Assembly (NCBI GenBank): GCA_030704615.1 | Contig: CM060731.1 | Coordinates: forward strand, 62,434,001-62,498,000 | Source of the DNA: Takakia lepidozioides | Taxonomy: Eukaryota; Plantae; Bryophyta | Reading direction: 5' to 3' | DNA length: 64,000 nucleotides | Part shown: one piece after another, positions 21,997 through 33,700 of the stretch | How positions within the stretch are numbered: the first letter of the stretch is position 1 | How the letters are laid out: the number at the start of each line of letters is the position of its first letter | Position numbers and translations under genes: made by a program | Notes under the pieces: generated by a model | The model's database searches: none | What the model saw: the letters and a program-made list of their open reading frames with translations, nothing else | What the model was told of the DNA's origin: nothing

Positions 21997-23442
21997 ATGT
22001 CTAGCACCTATGGAGTTAGAGGATCTGCTGACGATAGCAAATTTAAAGAAGCACCTCCGGACTCGAACTGGTATAAGGCTATACGTGGCACTAACTGCGC
22101 TGAGCTTATGGAGCTCTTGCAGACCTTGAAAGACTCGGCTGAGCTTATGCAATGCTTGAAGGCCGCCTGGCCTGAGTTTAATCGGCACTTGAACGATTCG
22201 CCTGAGTCTATGGAGAACTTGAAGAACGTGAAGGTCAACTCGCCCCAGCTCATGGAGAGTTTGGAGAGCTTGAAGGACGAGCCCGAGCTTATCCAGAGCT
22301 TGAAGGCCGACTCGGCTAAGGTTGAGCAGCTTCAGCAGTGTTTGGCGCACGACTCGGGTGTGGTCGAGAAACGTAAGCAGGATTTGAAGTACGAATGGGC
22401 TGTGCTTAAGGAGCACTTGAAGGGCAACTCGCCTACTAATCTTGTGGAGAGGCGCTTGGAGAGCTCGAAGGTTGAGCAGCTTAAGCAGCGCTTGAAGGTG
22501 GACTCGGCTGAGTTAAAAACGCTGGAGCAGCGATTGAAGGACGTCTCGGCTGAACTCAAACTGCTTGAGCAGGGATTGAAGGACGTGTCGGCTAAGCGTA
22601 TGCAGCACGTAGAGAATACGCTTGCGCATAAGCAACGCTTGAAGTACTCGCCCGAGTGTGAGCAGCGCGTGAAGGACTTGAGCTTGGACGTGACCTCGGA
22701 CCCGCGGCTGCTACTGAAATTAACATGTGGGGGCCGAACAGTACTGCACACGGCGGTCGTGGGAAGCTGCAAAAAGCTTGTCGACCAAGTGCTACATGTG
22801 TTTGAAAGAGAACCTGTGCATGAAAGTCTCCATGATATTACCGTTGATGACCTTCTGCGGGCTGAGGATGGTTTCTGTGAGGAGACGGCACTCGCCATGG
22901 CACTCGTAGTTGGGAAAAAAGACATTGTCCAAGCCCTCAAGATCGCCACCTCGGAATGTGTACCTATAACAATGAGGCAGGGCCTTGCTGCTGAGTACAG
23001 TACAGAATTGACAAGTGGGGAGGCCAGTGCGGAGATGGAGGCATTGCGCAGTATTCAACGGGCCATCTTGGCCGACACAGAGCCAGAAATCGTTCAGTCC
23101 ATGGAATGTCTGAGTGTGGATCTTGACGAGGGGCAAGATGTGCGAGATGATATGTATACCTTTCATCGCCTGTGTTCATCTGTGCATGCAGATGCTGGCA
23201 AATTGCGCAAGGATATAGTGGACGCATGCCTTCTGAGTGGTAAAGGCCGCAAACGCTTGAACGACTGCGAAACTTTAATTCCCATTATTGCTGGAGAACC
23301 ACGTGTCATAACCAGGCCAGTCGCCCGTGTGTATGATTTTTTGGGCAGACTTTTATTTTTTACCTCCGCGGTGACACATGGACGCCTACGTGGACGCCGA
23401 CGTGGCGACGCCGCGACTAGCAACACTGCTGCCACGTGGTAG
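21997..23442 (+). CDS. Intronless 481 aa protein: N-terminal coiled-coil repeats plus about two ankyrin repeats; C-terminus probably truncated
   Basis: ~13-14 aa repeats (LKDSAELMQCLKA, LKVDSAELKTLEQR, LKDVSAELKLLEQG); ankyrin-like GRTVLHTAVVGSCKKLVDQVL and ETALAMALVVGKKDIVQAL. Confidence 0.65.
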   Translation: MSSTYGVRGSADDSKFKEAPPDSNWYKAIRGTNCAELMELLQTLKDSAELMQCLKAAWPEFNRHLNDSPESMENLKNVKVNSPQLMESLESLKDEPELIQSLKADSAKVEQLQQCLAHDSGVVEKRKQDLKYEWAVLKEHLKGNSPTNLVERRLESSKVEQLKQRLKVDSAELKTLEQRLKDVSAELKLLEQGLKDVSAKRMQHVENTLAHKQRLKYSPECEQRVKDLSLDVTSDPRLLLKLTCGGRTVLHTAVVGSCKKLVDQVLHVFEREPVHESLHDITVDDLLRAEDGFCEETALAMALVVGKKDIVQALKIATSECVPITMRQGLAAEYSTELTSGEASAEMEALRSIQRAILADTEPEIVQSMECLSVDLDEGQDVRDDMYTFHRLCSSVHADAGKLRKDIVDACLLSGKGRKRLNDCETLIPIIAGEPRVITRPVARVYDFLGRLLFFTSAVTHGRLRGRRRGDAATSNTAATW

Positions 23443-23629
23443 TCGACCACATAACTTGCAGTGTTACATGCCCAATGGCAACTGCGACTACGGAAGTCGG
23501 AGCAACCACTGCTTTACTACTTCAAATGAAGTGCTCGAAATTACTTGAACAATCATTCATAGTGGTTCATGCTTTGCAGTTTTGGTGTTTTTAGTGAGCC
23601 GACTAGTATGACATTACGACATATTGAGA

Positions 23630-26600
23630 TGTATATTGCATTCTGTAAGGTAGCTCGTTGGGTGGATTTGTGGTGGTTTGGAATGACTATGACAAGTCAC
23701 TGCCAATGTGGCAACAGGAAAGTATCCAAAACAGATAACAGAGATGAGGAGAAGGTGTGGAATGAATTTTTGTTGACCTCGGTGAATGGTGGGACAACCC
23801 AGGCAAAAAGTTGAATGCCTATTAGATGACAGAGAGTATCAGACGCAATTCAGCATATGAACTAGTGTGATTGGGTGTTTCCTAGGTTGTCATTGTCAGC
23901 TGCTAGCAGCAAGGGCAAAGATGAAGGAAGGATTTGTGCAGAGGCATGGATAGCTGAAGGAGAAGGGATAGAGTGTGGGTCCAAATTCATCCAAGAGGGC
24001 CGGACTTCAAGCTCCAGATTACCTGTGATTCCATGTGGATCAATAGCTACAAGAAACCTAAATGGGTAGATGGCCAACTAAAAGCAGCAGCTGCAGCGGC
24101 ACAGTTGATAAAATTGGGCACCTCAACCATGACAGCAGCTTCTCAAAGAGGATCTAAAGAGGGAGTCCACAATGCCTCTTCTGCGGGGCTTGTGAAGATG
24201 CTTTGTGAGGCAGGCAGACTGACAAAGGCTCTATAGACTTTAAACCAATGAGACATTTCAGCAGATTCAGATATGTATGTTTGTCTCTTGCTTAAGTGCA
24301 AGGTCTGGAAGCTGGAATCAGGTGCACCCTCACATTATCCAAAGTGGATTCATGCCAAATGTTTTTTCTACTCAACAGCCTTGTCAACTTACTTAGTGCG
24401 AGAGCATCATGGATGCTCGCTAGTCTTTTTCTACAGAATGCCTTAGCGATCTTTGAGCACGTGGAATATAATGTTGGCAGGATTTACCAAGCATGGGTGT
24501 GGTAGGAATGCTTTGGAGACCTATGAACAAATGCTGCGCAAAAGGGTGAAGCCCAACCACATCACGCTTGCGCATGTTTGCAATGCGTGTGCAAGCCTGG
24601 GACCTCTGGAGAAGGGAAAGTGGTCCATGGTGACATCGTCAAAGCTGGAATTGTACCAGATGTCATCCTGAACACTGCCCTGGTGGACGTCTATGCCAAA
24701 TGTAGGTGCATTAAGGATGCGAAGGGAGTTTTCAACACTATGGTTGAACCAAATGTGGTGTCATGGAACGCGATGCTTGCAGGGCATGCACAGCAGGGAC
24801 ATGGTATGGAGGCTTTGGAGACCTATGATCAAATGATGGGGAAAGGGGGGCACCTTCTTCAATAGCACAGCAACTATAAGTGGGTAGATGGTCAACTGGA
24901 AACAGCAACGGCAGCAGCACAATTGATAGAACAAGGCCCACTGCTAATGAATGTACCTTCTTTAACATATTTCACCTTGTTTTCCCTTGCTATCAGTGTC
25001 GTCCCTAAATTTTCATGTTGAATTCTGCAAGTTAGCTCGTTGGTGGATCTATGGTGGTGTTGGAGTGATTTTGACATGTTACTGCCAATGTGGTCCACAG
25101 GAAAGTATCGAAAAACAGATAACAAAGATGTGGAGAAGCTCTGGAATGAATACGTCTCCAACCCAGTCAATGGTGGAACAATCCAGGCAAAAAGGTGAAT
25201 GTTGTTGGTGCAAGCCAGTATAGGAACTAGTGCGGTAAGTAGGGTTGCCCGTGTTTGCTGGAACAATTCTAGGGTATTATTGTCGGCTGCTAGCGTCAAG
25301 GCAAGGATGTATGCATGATTTGTGCAGAGGCATGGATAGCTGAAGGAGCAGGGAGCAGTGTGGGTCCAGATTCATCCAAGAGGGCCGGATTTCAAGCTCT
25401 AGATCACCTACAATTCCTGTGGAAGCAGTACATACGTCACACACACAAGAGGTCCTCTTGTGTGCATGGTCAGTCAAATCCTCCATGTGTCATGACAGAA
25501 GGTCGAGAACAATGTCGCACCTTCTTCTTCGATCTATTTCAGCCTATTTTGCCCTCTCATCAGACTCAACTTTTAATTTATTGAATGCTGTAAGTTAGCC
25601 CGTTGGGTGGATCTGGGGTGGTTTGGAGTGACTTTGACAAGTTACTGCTGATGCGGTAGCAAGAAAGTACCCAAAAACAGATAACAAGATGAAGAGAAGC
25701 TTTGGAATGAACACTTTTCTGATCCCAGTCAGTGGGGGGACAATGGAGACAAAAAGGTGAGTGCTTGACCGACTACAGAGAAAAGCAGTTGCAATTCAGA
25801 ATTGGAACTACAGTTAAGTAGGGTTGGGGTGTTTTCTGGAAGAACTTCACGCTGTCAGTGTCAGCTGCTAGCAACAAGGCTGAGAGATGTATTCATGATC
25901 TGTACACAAGCAGGGATAGCTGAGGGACCAAGGATAGAGGTCCAGATTCATGTTCAGGCTCAGGCTGAGGGATCAATAGCTACAAGAAATCAGCTGGAGT
26001 AGATGAGTCAATTGTTGCAAGTGGAAACAGTAGTGCTACTATCACAATTGATAGAATGAGGTATTGCTAATGAAGGCACCTTCCTCAACACATTTCAGCC
26101 TGTTTTTCCAAGTAGGGTTGGGGTGTTTGCTAGAACAAATCTAGGCTGTCATTGTCAGCTGCTAGCAGCAAGGCAATGATGTATGCAGAGGCATGGATAG
26201 TTGAAGGAGCAGGGATAGTGTGTGGGTGCAGATTCACCCAAGAGGGCTGGGCTTCAAGCTCCAGATTGACTCTGTAGCTACAAGAAACCTGCATGGGTAG
26301 ATGGTCAATTGGCAGCAGCGGCACAATTAATAAAATCAAACAGTGCTAATGAAGGTATCTTCTTCAACACATTTCACCTTGTTTTCCCTCTTATCAGAAT
26401 CGCCCTAAATTTCCATGTTGAATTCTGCAAATTAGCTGCTTGAGTGAATCTAGTTTGGAATGACTTTGACAAAATACTGCCAATGTGACAACAGGAAAGT
26501 ATCAAAAAACAAGTAACAGAGATGAGGAGAAGCTGTGGAATGAATACTTTTCTGCCCCAATCAATGATGGGACAACCGAGGCAAAAAGGTGAATGCCTGT

Positions 26601-26870
26601 TACATTTCAGATAGTAGCAGACACAATTCAGCATAGGAACTAGTGTGATAAGCTAAGTTGGGTGTTTCCTACAACAAATCTAGGCTGTCATTGTCAGCTC
26701 CTAGCAGCAAGGCAAGGATGAATGCTTGATTTGTGCAGAGGCATGGATAGCTGAAGGAGCAGGGATAGAGTGTGGGTGCAGATTCATCCAGAGGGCCAAA
26801 TTTCAAGCACAAGATTACCTATGATTCCATGTGGATCAATGGCTACAAGAAACCTCCATGGGTAGATGGT
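23630..26870. repeat. Array of ~4-5 diverged copies of a ~570 bp unit, interrupted by a PPR fragment
   Basis: Blocks such as 'caggaaagtatc-aaaacagataaca', 'gtcattgtcagctgctagcagcaaggc', 'gcagaggcatggatagctgaaggag' and 'tgggtagatggtc' recur (e.g. ~24063, 24881, 26293, 26859). Confidence 0.85.
24075..24850 (+). pseudogene. PLS-class PPR gene fragment (N-terminus plus about one PLS triplet)
   Basis: VKMLCEAGRL, TWNIMLAGF, NTALVDVYAKCRCIKDAKGVF, VSWNAMLAG; stops and frameshifts. Confidence 0.85.
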
Positions 26871-27080
26871 CTATTCCGTGGAGCTCAATCTGTCACTGAA
26901 GTCTTGCATTATGAGGATCACAACTACTTCGCAGCTTACTTGCATGAGGCCTTAACTCTTACGCAATCCCCAGAGCAGTAGTAGCTTTTGGGCTGCTTTT
27001 TTACTTTGGTTTTTTCATTTTGTCCCATAAGCTCTTTGAGCTTTCCGCAGATGTAATAAAGTACCATTTTGTTTCATTTT
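26868..27080 (+). mobile_element. 5'-truncated copy of the (CATTT)n-tailed LINE family
   Basis: GLFRGAQSVTEVLHYEDHNYFAAYLHEALTL* then cccataagctc..gagctttccgc..ataaagtaccattt. Confidence 0.75.
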
Positions 27081-27289
27081 GTTTCATGGCATGTCTTCCA
27101 TCGTTTTCGCATTTCAAATGCATGATTAGTTCTCTTGTATGGCATTGAGAGGGCAAAACAGGCTGAAATAGGTCGAAGAAGAAGGTGCCCTTACCACATT
27201 GTCCTTGACAATTCAATATGCATCTCAGGGCCAAGTCTGGTGAGAGGGAAAAACAGGCTGAAATCGAAGAAGAAGGTGCCCTCACCACA

Positions 27290-28112
27290 TTCTCCAAGGC
27301 CTCCATACCACGCCCCTGATGTGCACACCCTACAAGCATCATGTTCCACGTGATGAATGATCGTTGAGGCATTCTGTTGAACACTTGGTGAGCATCCATG
27401 ATGCACCCGCACATAACATACATGTTGAGTAGAAAAATATTTGGCGTGCACTTTGGATACTGTGAGTGTGCACCTGCTTTAGCTTCAAGGCCTTTCATCT
27501 TGATGCACTTATGCAAGAGACAGACATACGTATCTGAATCTGCTGAAATGCCTCCTTGGTTTAAAGTCAGTAGAGCCTCTTTCAGTCTGCCTGCCTCACA
27601 AAGCATCTTCACATGCCCATAAGTGCCAGAAGAGGCATTGTGGACTCCCTCTCTTGATCCTCTTCCAGAAGCTGTGGTCATGGTTGAGGTGCCGGATTTT
27701 ATCAACTCTGCCGCTGCAGCTGCTGCCTTTGGCGATGCAACCATGCACCTCTTTGCATCTGGTAATCTGACAGGCATTCACCTTGGTTAATTCCAGCTCT
27801 GAAGATGTCGCCATGGACCTCTTTCCCCTTTTCCAAAGCTGCCAGGGCAGTGTTCAGATTGACATTTGGTACAATTCCGGCTTTGATGATATCCCCATGC
27901 ACCTCTTTGCCCTTCTCCAGGGCTGCCAGGCTTGCACAAGCATGGCAAATGCACACAAACATGATGTGCTTCCCCCATCATTTGCTCATAGGTCCAAAGC
28001 CTCCATCCCACGTCCCTGCCGTGCATACCCTGCAAGCATCGCCTTCCACGACACCACATCTCGTTCAGCCATAGTGTCGAACACTCCCTTTGCATCCTAG
28101 ATGCACCCTGAT
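27290..28112 (-). pseudogene. PLS-class PPR fragments, inverted and permuted paralog of 24075-24850
   Basis: KAAAAAAELIKSGTSTMT...VKMLCEAGRLKEAL...ADSDTYVCLL; ACASLAALEKGKEVHGDIIKAG with a local duplication. Confidence 0.85.
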
Positions 28113-29030
28113 TTTGCCAGCTGTGTCCCATATCTGTCAGATGCAGAACTCCAAAAGATAAGAAAATAATGACGAGTCCAAAATCTGTTCAGGGGAGCCA
28201 ATCAGAGAGCAATTTTTTTCTCTCTCTCTCTCTCTCTCTCTGCCTCTCTCCCTGTCCTCTAGGAAGCCTATTGACATTGGGTGGACTTGATACGGGAGTA
28301 CATTAATGTCTCTGTGACTAAATGCCGGCCTTGTGACCTCGTGTCCTTGTTTGTTTCGACCTGAAGCGCTTTGCTTCAGGTAAGGTAGTGCATTGGATTT
28401 AGTTGGAAAGCTTGGGGCCTTTCCCTCTTTAGAATATGCCTACACGGGCCATTCCCTGCAACTCCCTGGAGTGTGATCTCTGAATGGTAACAAGCGGACT
28501 CCTACCGCTTGGGGGCAGCCCCCCCGCCCAAATTGGGCAGTCGTATGCTCTGTCTAGCATACTCGGCACTTGGGCTCGGGTTGGTTCCTGTGCTTAAACT
28601 TATAGCCTGCGAGAACAATCAAAATTTTAGCTCCTATCAACATCAACACTCCTCAGGGTGATCCCTGGGAATTGGTTACTTATGCCAAATCTAGGGCTTC
28701 ATGTGTAGTTTTTGGGGTGAATCCCAGGATGGACGATGTGTCCTTTAAAACTACATGCTCTAGCTTAGGCTTGGATTTCATGGCTAATGGTACCATCTCC
28801 AGACTTGATAACAGGGGTACGTTGAAGGTTGCAATGACCAAAAGTGCTTCTAATAGAGTCCCACATCAATTCAATCTCAAAGAAGTTCGTCCCTTGACTG
28901 GCTGGAGAGCGGTCTTAGACATTGGTGATTCAATGGGGCGCTCTAGGAAGACAACCAAGGGCAACGACTTCAACTTGAGAGTTTCTAATCGGTTTGATGC
29001 TCTGGATGAGGTTGAATCCAAACAGCCAGA

Positions 29031-29442
29031 AGGACAAGATGCCCCTAAGTGTACGGAACCTGAACATCCTGAATCTGAAGGATTTGGTACTCTGAATGGT
29101 TTACCAATCCTCAAGGTTTACACAAGACGAACAAATTCTATACACGGGGTAATTGTCCCCAAGCCGTCAGATGGACAATCTGTCCCTAAGTGTGCAGAGC
29201 CTGAACGTCGTGTAACTGAAGGATTTGGTACTCTAAATGGTTTACCAATCCTCAAAGTCTACACAAGACGAGCAAAATCTATACACGGGGTAATTGTCCC
29301 CAAGCAGTCTGACGGACAATCTGCCCCTATGTGTGCGGAGCCTGTGCGTCGTGTAACTGAAAGATTTGGTACCCTGAATGGTTTACCAATTCTCAAAGTT
29401 TACACAAGACGAGCAAAATCTACACATGGGGTAACTGTCCCC
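29031..29442 (+). repeat. Three in-frame 141 bp (47 aa) tandem repeats in LINE ORF1
   Basis: (G/R)FGTLNGLPILKVYTRR starts at 29080, 29221 and 29362. Confidence 0.95.
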
Positions 29443-30603
29443 CTTTGCAGAACGGTTGGCCGTCCAGGAGCAATCACAAGCTACCTAGACGACAAACAAT
29501 TCACATGCAAAGGGCTGGCTTGCGGCTGGCCACTTTCAACTTCTCAGGGTTGACCAACCAAAGGAAACAACTCGAAGTGGGACAAGTTCTTCGGACTAAT
29601 GATATTCATATCTGTGCTGGGCAAGAAACATGGGAAACGTCGGATAAACTGGTTGGAGATGTCAATGGTTATAAATGGGCAGGTAAGATGTGTACTCTCA
29701 AGGCAGTCTCTGCCAAACGCGGTCAAAAAGGGGTTGGATTCTTTGTCCGTGATTTCTTGTTTGACAATTGTGAAATTATCAACAAGGGTACGAGCATAGT
29801 ATCTGGCTAAAACTGAATCTGAAGGGCAGCATGAGTACAAAGGACCTCTTTGTGGGTTGTGTTTACATGCCCACAGAGGGGACCTTAGTGCTGACGCAGA
29901 CAAAGCCTTCGAAGATGTAAAGCTGGACTGTGCTTCGTTCCTTGCCAAAGGTCAGGTGGTACTATTGGGGGACTTCAATGCCCGGGTGGGCAAAGGGATC
30001 CATCAGGACGATATCATTGGACCTTTTGGTGAGGACGAGCTGAATTCTAATGGCAGACGGTTAATTAACTGTCTAGAAGAGCTTCAGCTTTTGACCTTGA
30101 ATAACAGGACAAGAGGTGACCAAGTGCAGTGGACTCGTGAGAAATCCCAAACTGGGGAACGTTCCATTGTGGACTATATCATAATGGACAAAATTTTGTT
30201 CCCCCAGTGTGCCAATGTGTTGATCGACAGAACTGATATTGGTACCTCTGACCACTTCCTGGTTTGGACTGAGATCAAAAGGTGTTTTCCCACCACCAAG
30301 AGATCTGTGAAACGTTCGATTCGGAAGTGGCGCATAGAAAAATTCCACAATGAGGAGGTCAAGGCTGAGTACGTCCAGGCCTTGCAAGAGGCTCTCCCTC
30401 ATTTTGTCCAATCGCTCCAAGAACTTCAGTCACGCTCTGTTAACGCAAGAAATGAAGTCGAAAGAGCAGTGGACTCTTCAGAGAGTTTCGTTTCCTCCGC
30501 GGCTGACAAGATCATTGGGAGGAAACTAATTGTCTGCGGTAGAGCAGTTAATTGGTGGACCAATGCGATTAAACTCAAGATAGCTGAGAGACGAGCCCTC
30601 TAT

Positions 30604-30784
30604 AAATGAAATGAAATGGTGCTTTATAACGTCCGCGGAAAGCTCGTAGAGCTTATGGGACGAAATGGAAGAAAACATGAGAGAGGAACAAATCCAGAAA
30701 CCACAATTAATGTTCTAGCGATTGTCTAAGGGTGAAGGCCTCGTGTAGGTAGGTTGCCACGCATTTTTGATCCTCATAGTGAAA
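30604..30784 (-). mobile_element. 5'-truncated copy of a second LINE family with a (CATTT)n tail, nested in the full-length LINE
   Basis: Minus strand reads FHYEDQKCVATYLHEAFTLRQSLEH* then ...cgttataaagcac(cattt)n; it interrupts ORF2 after ALYK. Confidence 0.8.
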
Positions 30785-33700
30785 GACATCAGTGAGAGTG
30801 CTGCAATTTGGAAACCAACAGAGAATTGTGGGCGAGGTACTACCAGCTCCGTAAAGATATCAATCAGCTTGTTAGGTCTCAGAAGAAATTATACTGGGAC
30901 AAGTTATACAGTGAAATAAACTCAAACCACCATGGTGGTAATGACAAGAAATTCTGGTTGGCCCTTCAACGTTTGTACAAGCCGAAAAACGGTCAGCAAG
31001 TACAAGCGCTGAAGACTACTAAAGGTGCAGTGGTGACTTCATCGGTTGACATTGTCAAAACCTTTGAAACTCACTACAGTATCCTTGGCAGAACTTCTAG
31101 GTCTAACAGTGAGGGGTCTTCTGCTGAATGGAGGGACACAGTTGGAAAAACTGTTCCTATGATTCAAAACAGCCCTGATGAACTGGAGTATATTTCAATG
31201 GCTTATAATGCTCCCATTAGTTCTTCTGAGATTGTGGAAGCAATTGAACATTTAAATGGAAATAAAGCTGGTGGACCTGATGGTATTGTCAACGAGCTTA
31301 TCAAGCACGGTGGCGATCCCATGATAGCGGCCCTAGTTCTCCTCTTTAACCTTATCTGGAAGACTGAAATGATCCCCTTTCGCTGGCGACAGGGGGTCAT
31401 TGTCAATCTATACAAGAAGGGTGACAGAGAAGAACCGGGGAACTACCGTGGCATCACGCTCCTCAATGCTGTTGGCAAGACATTCTGCAGAGTTATAAGT
31501 ACTCGTCTCGAGGTTGATCTGGAGTCTAGAGGTTGATTCCACGAAGGCCAAGCTGGCTTTCGGCGAAACAGGGGCTGTGTGGATCATATCTTCACTCTAA
31601 GCCAGATTATCCAGGGAAGGAAAAAAGAAGGGAAACCCACTTATGTTTTTTTCCTGGATGTCAAAAAGGCTTATGACACAGTGTGGAGAGATGGCCTATG
31701 GTTCCGCCTCTGGTCTTGTGGGATCAAGGGAAAGATGTGGAGAGTTGTCCACAACTTGTATGCTCACACCAAAAGCTGTGTCACTGTTAACGGACAGAAG
31801 TCCAACTTCTTTGACATAGACCAAGGTGTAGCTCAAGGATGTACTCTCTCCCCTCTGCTCTTCAATGTTTTCATCAATCAACTCCTCGAGGATGTGGAAA
31901 GTGAGGGATTTGGGTTAAGGGTGGGTGATACCACCATACCAGCCCTTATGTTTGCGGATGACTTCGCAGGCATAGGGGAGACTCCAACCAATCTCCAGGA
32001 GTTGATTGATTGCGTGAAGAGATACTTTGATCTTTGGGGGCTAGAGGCTAATGTCAGCAAATGTGCAGTGGTAGCATTCAACGACAGAGGAGAGGGAGGA
32101 AGTGATCTTAAGTGGCAGTGGGGTAGCCAAGAGATCCCGGTCCTCCCTTCCTACACTTACCTGGGCGTTGAGTTTTCCTCCAATTGTAATTGGGATGCAC
32201 ATATCCGGAAAGTTGTTCAAACTGGCAAGGGCAAAGCTCTGGGGCTCACTAAATTTTTCCACTGCAGAGGGGTCAACTCTGAGGTTAAGAAAACCATGCT
32301 TTGTCGCGTTATTAGACCTGCCTTGGAGTACGGATCTGCTATATGGGTGATAACTCCAACCAGGCTAAGTCTCTAGAATCCATTCAAGTGGGGGTGCTTA
32401 AGGAGTGTATGTCAGCATGCTCCAAAACAGCCAATGTGGCTGTTCGGGGTGAGTTTGGCATTCCGTCCTTAAGCTCCCGACGAGATGAATTCAAGGTCAG
32501 ATGGTGGGGTCAGCTGCAACATATGCCCAACACCAGATATCCTAAGTTAATCGACTCTATATCTTGGAAACAGGACCGCCCTGTCAAACAGGCCAAGTCC
32601 TGGCAGAAGAGAGTAGAAGAGATTCTGAAGGACCTGGACCTGGATCCGCAAGCCTTGACCCTGCTGGATAAATCTGACTTAGAGGCTGTAGTGTCCTCAG
32701 CCATGTCTGTTGCCATGAGATTGTCTGATGAAAATGAAGTTAGGCAGAAAACTTCCCTGAACTTGTTTCCAGTCAGTGACATGGGGGAGGACATCTTGGA
32801 TGACCTCAAGGGTCTACCCACTCTCGGCACTAGACTGAAATTTAAACTCAGGGCAGGAAGCCTACCTTTGAACAGCAAACAGAAGCAGAGAGGAAAGGGA
32901 GAGTGCAATTGCCCGCTGTGTGGGCAATCTGAAGACAGTATTCACTTTCTGATACACTGTCCGGGGTTCTCTCACCAAAGAGACGCTCTCTTCAACTCTA
33001 TCAAGGGAATTGTGCCTGTTCCCCTGTTTAACAATTTTGAAAGTCTCGAGGCTGAGCCAAAAGCCCAGGCCCTCCTGAGGCCTAGTTTTTGGGCAAATCA
33101 CACACAGCAGATTGATGCTTGTGTGAAGGGATTTCTAGAGGATATCTGGAAAACCCGGATTAATTCTATATATGATGGTAAGTCACACTACCAACGTCAG
33201 CCCCTGACAGAGGTAGGTTCTGTCCCTTTTGTTCCCGCTCAAACTGGGCGCGGGGTCAATGGCCACAAGGCTACGGCAAACAACGTCTTATGAGTACAAT
33301 CTCTCTCTCTGCCTGTGACACTGGGCTTGGGGTCTATGGCCACAAGGCTGCTGCAATCACCATCTTGTGATGACATTCTCTCTCTCCAGGTGTGTTGTTC
33401 CTGGACTGGGTGCGGGACAAAGAACACGTACCTGCATGGTTACGAGTCTGTCTTCCACTTGCACTTCTGTCGTCAAAAAATCGGCACCGATCTTCGCCTT
33501 ATACTGGTTGCTGAATTTCTTATTTACATATCTGAGAAAATCTTGTCAAGGACGGCATTACAACCACATCCCGCAAGCAGAAGGAACTTTCAAAACATAA
33601 TACGTATAATCTAGCCTCATCTGAAAATATTCACACTCCAACCAAGCCCCTGCAACAGCAACTCAGAGAGTAGATACTGGTTCATCAACGATGTCTTCCC

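Larger units (their letters stand above)
28246..33299 (+). mobile_element. Full-length non-LTR retrotransposon (APE endonuclease-RT-CCHC; RTE-X/L2-like), decayed, with TSD
   Basis: ORF1 28672..29553. EN motifs ATFN, QETW, GDFNAR, VDYI, SDH; RT motifs PGNYRGITL, QGCTLSP, FADD, YLGV; C-terminal CPLC...HFLIHC. tctctctctctgcct duplicated at 28231-28245 and 33300-33314. Confidence 0.93.
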
